The notes under the pieces were generated by a model that did no database searches, was not told where the DNA came from, and worked only from the letters and a program-made list of their open reading frames with translations. This document shows, one piece after another, positions 60,284 through 64,000 of a stretch of 64,000 nt of DNA. This DNA is from Haliotis rufescens (taxonomy: Eukaryota): the NCBI RefSeq assembly GCF_023055435.1, contig NW_025964334.1, positions 46,686,001-46,750,000 of the forward strand, read 5' to 3'. Position 1 is the first letter of the stretch. Each line of letters begins with the position of its first letter. The translations under genes were made by a program, and so were the position numbers.

Positions 60284-60787
60284 CGGTGGCCCATAAGGGA
60301 CATGGAGTCTGTTTTTTTAAGATTTTGATATTTCACTTACTTTTATCATAACCTTTTTGCAAATTAACACAATTTATCATACAAATATCTGATAAATCAT
60401 GCATAAAAACAACCGAAAACATGGAAAATGTACTTTCAAGTAGCTATTGAAAATGTCAAAACCTAAAAAGAAAATACAGAAAACTACATCCACCGCCGTG
60501 GGAATATTATCACCGCGGTGGAAATAGTTTTCTGTATTTTCAATTTAGTTTTTGACCTTTCGTTTTTGTTTTTGACATATAAATTTTAGTTTTTGACATT
60601 TTCGCTTCACATTTCAGCGATTCAATAGCTACTTGAAAGTACATTTTCCATGTTTTCGGTTGTTTTTATGCATGATTTATCAAATATTTGCATGACAAAT
60701 TGTGTTAATTTGCAAAAAGGTTATGATAAAAGTAAGTGAAATATCAAAATATTGAAAAACAGACTCCATGTCCCTTATGGGCCACCG
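60284..60787. mobile_element. Foldback MITE, ~170-bp near-perfect TIRs, TA TSD (Tc1/mariner type)
   Basis: TA|CGGTGGCCCATAAGGGACATGGAGTCTG ... CAGACTCCATGTCCCTTATGGGCCACCG|TA; the centre is also palindromic. Confidence 0.9.
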
Positions 60788-61256
60788 TATAAACCACATC
60801 ATTAATTGCATATTTCATACATGTACTTGTACAGACAGAAACAATGGCTACAAGATGGGGATTCTGCGGTGCGGGGAGAATATGCGAAGACTTTTGTGCA
60901 ACCATGGTGACACTGCCACGCGAGGAACACAAGGTAGGTTCATATTTCCACAAAAGAATCCACTTTCAGAACCATGTTTTGGCTTTCATTCCTGTTCCAG
61001 CCTCATGTTTCACGGCACACGTATAACATCGCGCCCCTATAGCAGGACAGATGAGCAGACGACAGTCTCTTTGAAATCTACAAAACACTTTTCCCATTAC
61101 GTAAGATACCTCTTTTACAAAAACAACAACATAACTTTAGGAGAATAATCCCACATGTAGTATATGTAGGGTTTCCATGCTCCATGCTCCACTTTACACT
61201 GAGGTAAGCAGGTAACAATGACTAGTGCACTGAACTTACCTCTTCACCGTGTATGC

Positions 61257-61544
61257 GGGGGCACGGGTGGCCCAGTCGTCTAAGGCGCCGCGATTCGCTG
61301 TGCAGAGTTGCGTCCCCTGGGCCTGCCAGAAACCTATGATTGTGGGTTCGAATCCCGGTTCGTCCCGATTATGTTTCTAGGTTTGCCAGCACCATACTCG
61401 TGCTCGTGGGTTTCACCGAAGTGGTAAACGTCTGAGACCTGCATCACTTCGGGCTTTCCTCCCACATTAAGTTGACACGCCGTGATATAACTGGAATACT
61501 GTTAAAAGCGGCGTTAAACCCAACTCACTCACTCACTCACTCAC
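61257..61544 (+). mobile_element. tRNA-Leu-like SINE, full length, 13-bp TSD
   Basis: A box TGGCCCAGTCG; B box GGTTCGAATCC; (ACTC)n tail; TSD TCACCGTGTATGC. Confidence 0.92.
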
Positions 61545-62344
61545 TCACCGTGTATGCCGTCTAACAATAGGGAGGTTACCTTGTGTACCTATATTTCATG
61601 ACATATCTTTATTTACTGTTAGAATGCAGGCATCACTTAAACTATAGTCTACTGTTTAGAATAATGCATGAACAAGTCGTTACATTTCGCATATTGTTAT
61701 AATGAGACACATGTATGGCTGTTGTGAGTTTGTGTGACACACTTTGATGTCACCTAAAACAGCATTAAAGCTTAATTATTTTAATAAAATGTCTATTCAT
61801 TGGTGTACAAATACCCAATAAACTGAAATCAAGGAAGTAAAATTATTTTGAATATAGCTATCAATACGCAATGTGAATGATAACGTGAATAAATATTATC
61901 TGGAGCCTTTGGACCCAGTGTTTGTTGGAGACGAGAGTTAATATTTTCCCAGCGGCGTATGCTTTTTTCAGATTGGCTTTTGCATCAAGTATTTCAGTAT
62001 TGTATCAAATATCCCTTCTCGATGTTTCAAAAGCTGTAAGTGAACAGATCAATAGTCCCATTTCTAATTCACTTCTCAAAAAAAATAAAATTCTTCTCAA
62101 CTACACACCATCCCGACCTGGTCCGCTTATGTGACGGTCTTTGTGTTGGCAGCTGATGGCTATCGCAGATACATTCAATGACAATGCAGAACTGTATGCC
62201 CAGAAATTCAACATTGAGAAGGTTTACGAGTCGTACGAGGATATGGCTGACGACCCCGACATTGGTGAGGTCACGTAGTTGATTTATACATACATTCGGA
62301 TGTGGATGCACGGTTAGGGTTAACACTGGATGAGTAGATATCGG

Positions 62345-62615
62345 TAGATGTAGATGTAGACATGGACGTGAATGTTGATGAAGAGGTGGATGTGGTGTTG
62401 ATGTGGCTGTTGATGTAGACGTGTATATGAACCTGATGTGGGTGTGGGTGTGGATGTGGGTGTAGATGCACGTGGACGTGGATGTAGATGAAGAGGTGGA
62501 TGTGGGTGTTGATGTTGATGTAGACGTGAATGCTGACGTTGATGTAGACGTGTATATGAACCTGATGTGGGTGTGGGTGTGGATGAGGATGTAGATGAAG
62601 ATGGGGATGAGGACT
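62345..62615. repeat. Low-complexity (GATGTR/GGTGTG)n hexamer tract with internal duplication
   Basis: Direct inspection. Confidence 0.8.
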
Positions 62616-62894
62616 ATATTTGAACGTATATCTATAAGCACATTTACATTCCTGTGTATATGTGAAATTATATTTTAATGTGACAATGAGTTTTGAGTTT
62701 GGAATATATTCTGAACCGCAATAGAAACGTCACCATGGATAGATAAATGAGACACCTTATTTGTCCAAACACTTTAAACATACTTTGAGACATATTTAAA
62801 AGATGAAACTTGGCAAAACTGATCATCAAGGTTGAAATTAAAATGTCAAATGCTCTTAAAGTGAAACAACACTAGTCTCTGAGAAAATAGCATC

Positions 62895-64000
62895 ACAAGT
62901 CAGTATCTCCATGTGCAATGATGACTGCCGTGCAACGTCGATACATGGATTGGATGAGGCGGTTGGTGAAGGCCATAGGCACCTGAGCCCACACTCTCAG
63001 GAACGCCTGACAGTTCAGCTGCAGTTGTCGGCCTTGGTCGGTCGTCCCACAGGTGCTCAATGGGATTTAAATCGGGACTGATGCCATTCTGCTGGAGAAA
63101 GTCTCTTGTTGCTCTCACAGTGTGGGCACGGGCGTTATAATGCTGAAACTTTTGGTTGCAGCGACGCGCCAAATGAGGTATGGCGTGTGGTCTCAAGACT
63201 TGATCAATGTACCGAGCTGCTGTGACACCATTGCCTCTCCCTGGACCGATGTTCTGGAAGATTACAGGGCCGACCCTCTGTGCAAGACCAATTCCACCTC
63301 ACACCATGATGCTTGGACCACCCCACGAGTCTCTCTCAACAACACAAGCATCCGGATAACGTTCCACACGGCGTCGCCGGACTTTCTCTTTGCCATCTGC
63401 TGTTGAGATACAGTAACGGCTCTCGTCTGAGAAGAGGACTCTTCTCCACTGCAGGTGGCTCCAATGTTGGTGCTGTGTTGACCAGTGAAGACGGTCCCGG
63501 CGATGACGTGGTGTCAGAATGGGCCCTCTGTGTGGCCTGTGACAGTGGAGGTGTCTGCTCGTCAATCGTCGACGCACGGTGTCAGCACTAATGTGCCGCT
63601 GGTGTGTCCCCATTGTCTGTCGAGCAGTTTCCGCAGCAGTAACAAAGCGATCTTGAAGATGCTGTCGCACAATCTGACAATCCTGATGTCGGGTGGTGAC
63701 CCTTGGTCTTCCACTACGTGGTCGGTCATCTGTAGTGTTGGTGGTCTGGTACCGTTACTGGAGCCTGTATATGGTCCTTACGTGGACATAAAATGCATTG
63801 GCTACTTGCCGGGCGTTTTGTCCAGCTTGAAATTGTCGAAGGGCTTGGTGTCGCTGATTTCTTGTCAATCTTGGCATGTGGTAGCAATTCAATAACGAAT
63901 GATTGTTATACGATCTGGGTGGATTTTTATAGGGCAAGAAATGGGAGAACGCGTGTGCATATCAATTTGCACGGAACTCACGTGCATCGGATCACCATGG
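62895..64000 (-). mobile_element. Degenerate Tc1 element, near full-length transposase; 5' end runs off window
   Basis: MPRLTRNQRHQAL HTH; ISADTVRRRL; WRRVLFSDESRY; WGGPSIMV; FQHYNARAH; SPDLNPIEHLWD. Confidence 0.92.

Noticed and set aside
62069-62641. 190-aa Thr/Ser/His-rich ORF
   Set aside because: Hexamer low-complexity tract; no domain or splice support.

Overview
Eukaryotic, intron-rich invertebrate genomic DNA. The SINE families with (ACTC)n/(CAAA)n tails, Meta-type SINEs and Helentron-like elements suggest a mollusc, possibly an abalone-like gastropod (inference). Three spliced genes can be assembled by hand with GT-AG boundaries and consistent phases: (1) a 13-exon, ~744-aa DUF5054-like putative glycoside hydrolase with a signal-peptide-like N-terminus (- strand, 33918->16374); (2) a divergent 6-exon, ~217-aa DUF1349/Ree1-like ConA-fold protein (+, 42014->50550); (3) a 5-exon, ~379-aa BTB/POZ protein (-, 58497->53829). 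The rest is largely transposon debris: a decayed Gypsy element, at least six Tc1 remnants, an RTE-X-like LINE fragment, a FLYWCH/MULE fragment, Helentron-like elements, AcademH-like and other MITEs, several SINE families, Penelope-like palindromes with hammerhead-like cores, and many minisatellites. The most striking feature is that several intronic tandem arrays are amplified copies of the adjacent gene's own splice sites. Intron 8 of the DUF5054 gene is about 90% made of ~45 copies of its donor and 10 copies of its acceptor. One assembly gap lies at 15285-15458. Family assignments come from motif recognition, not database searches.
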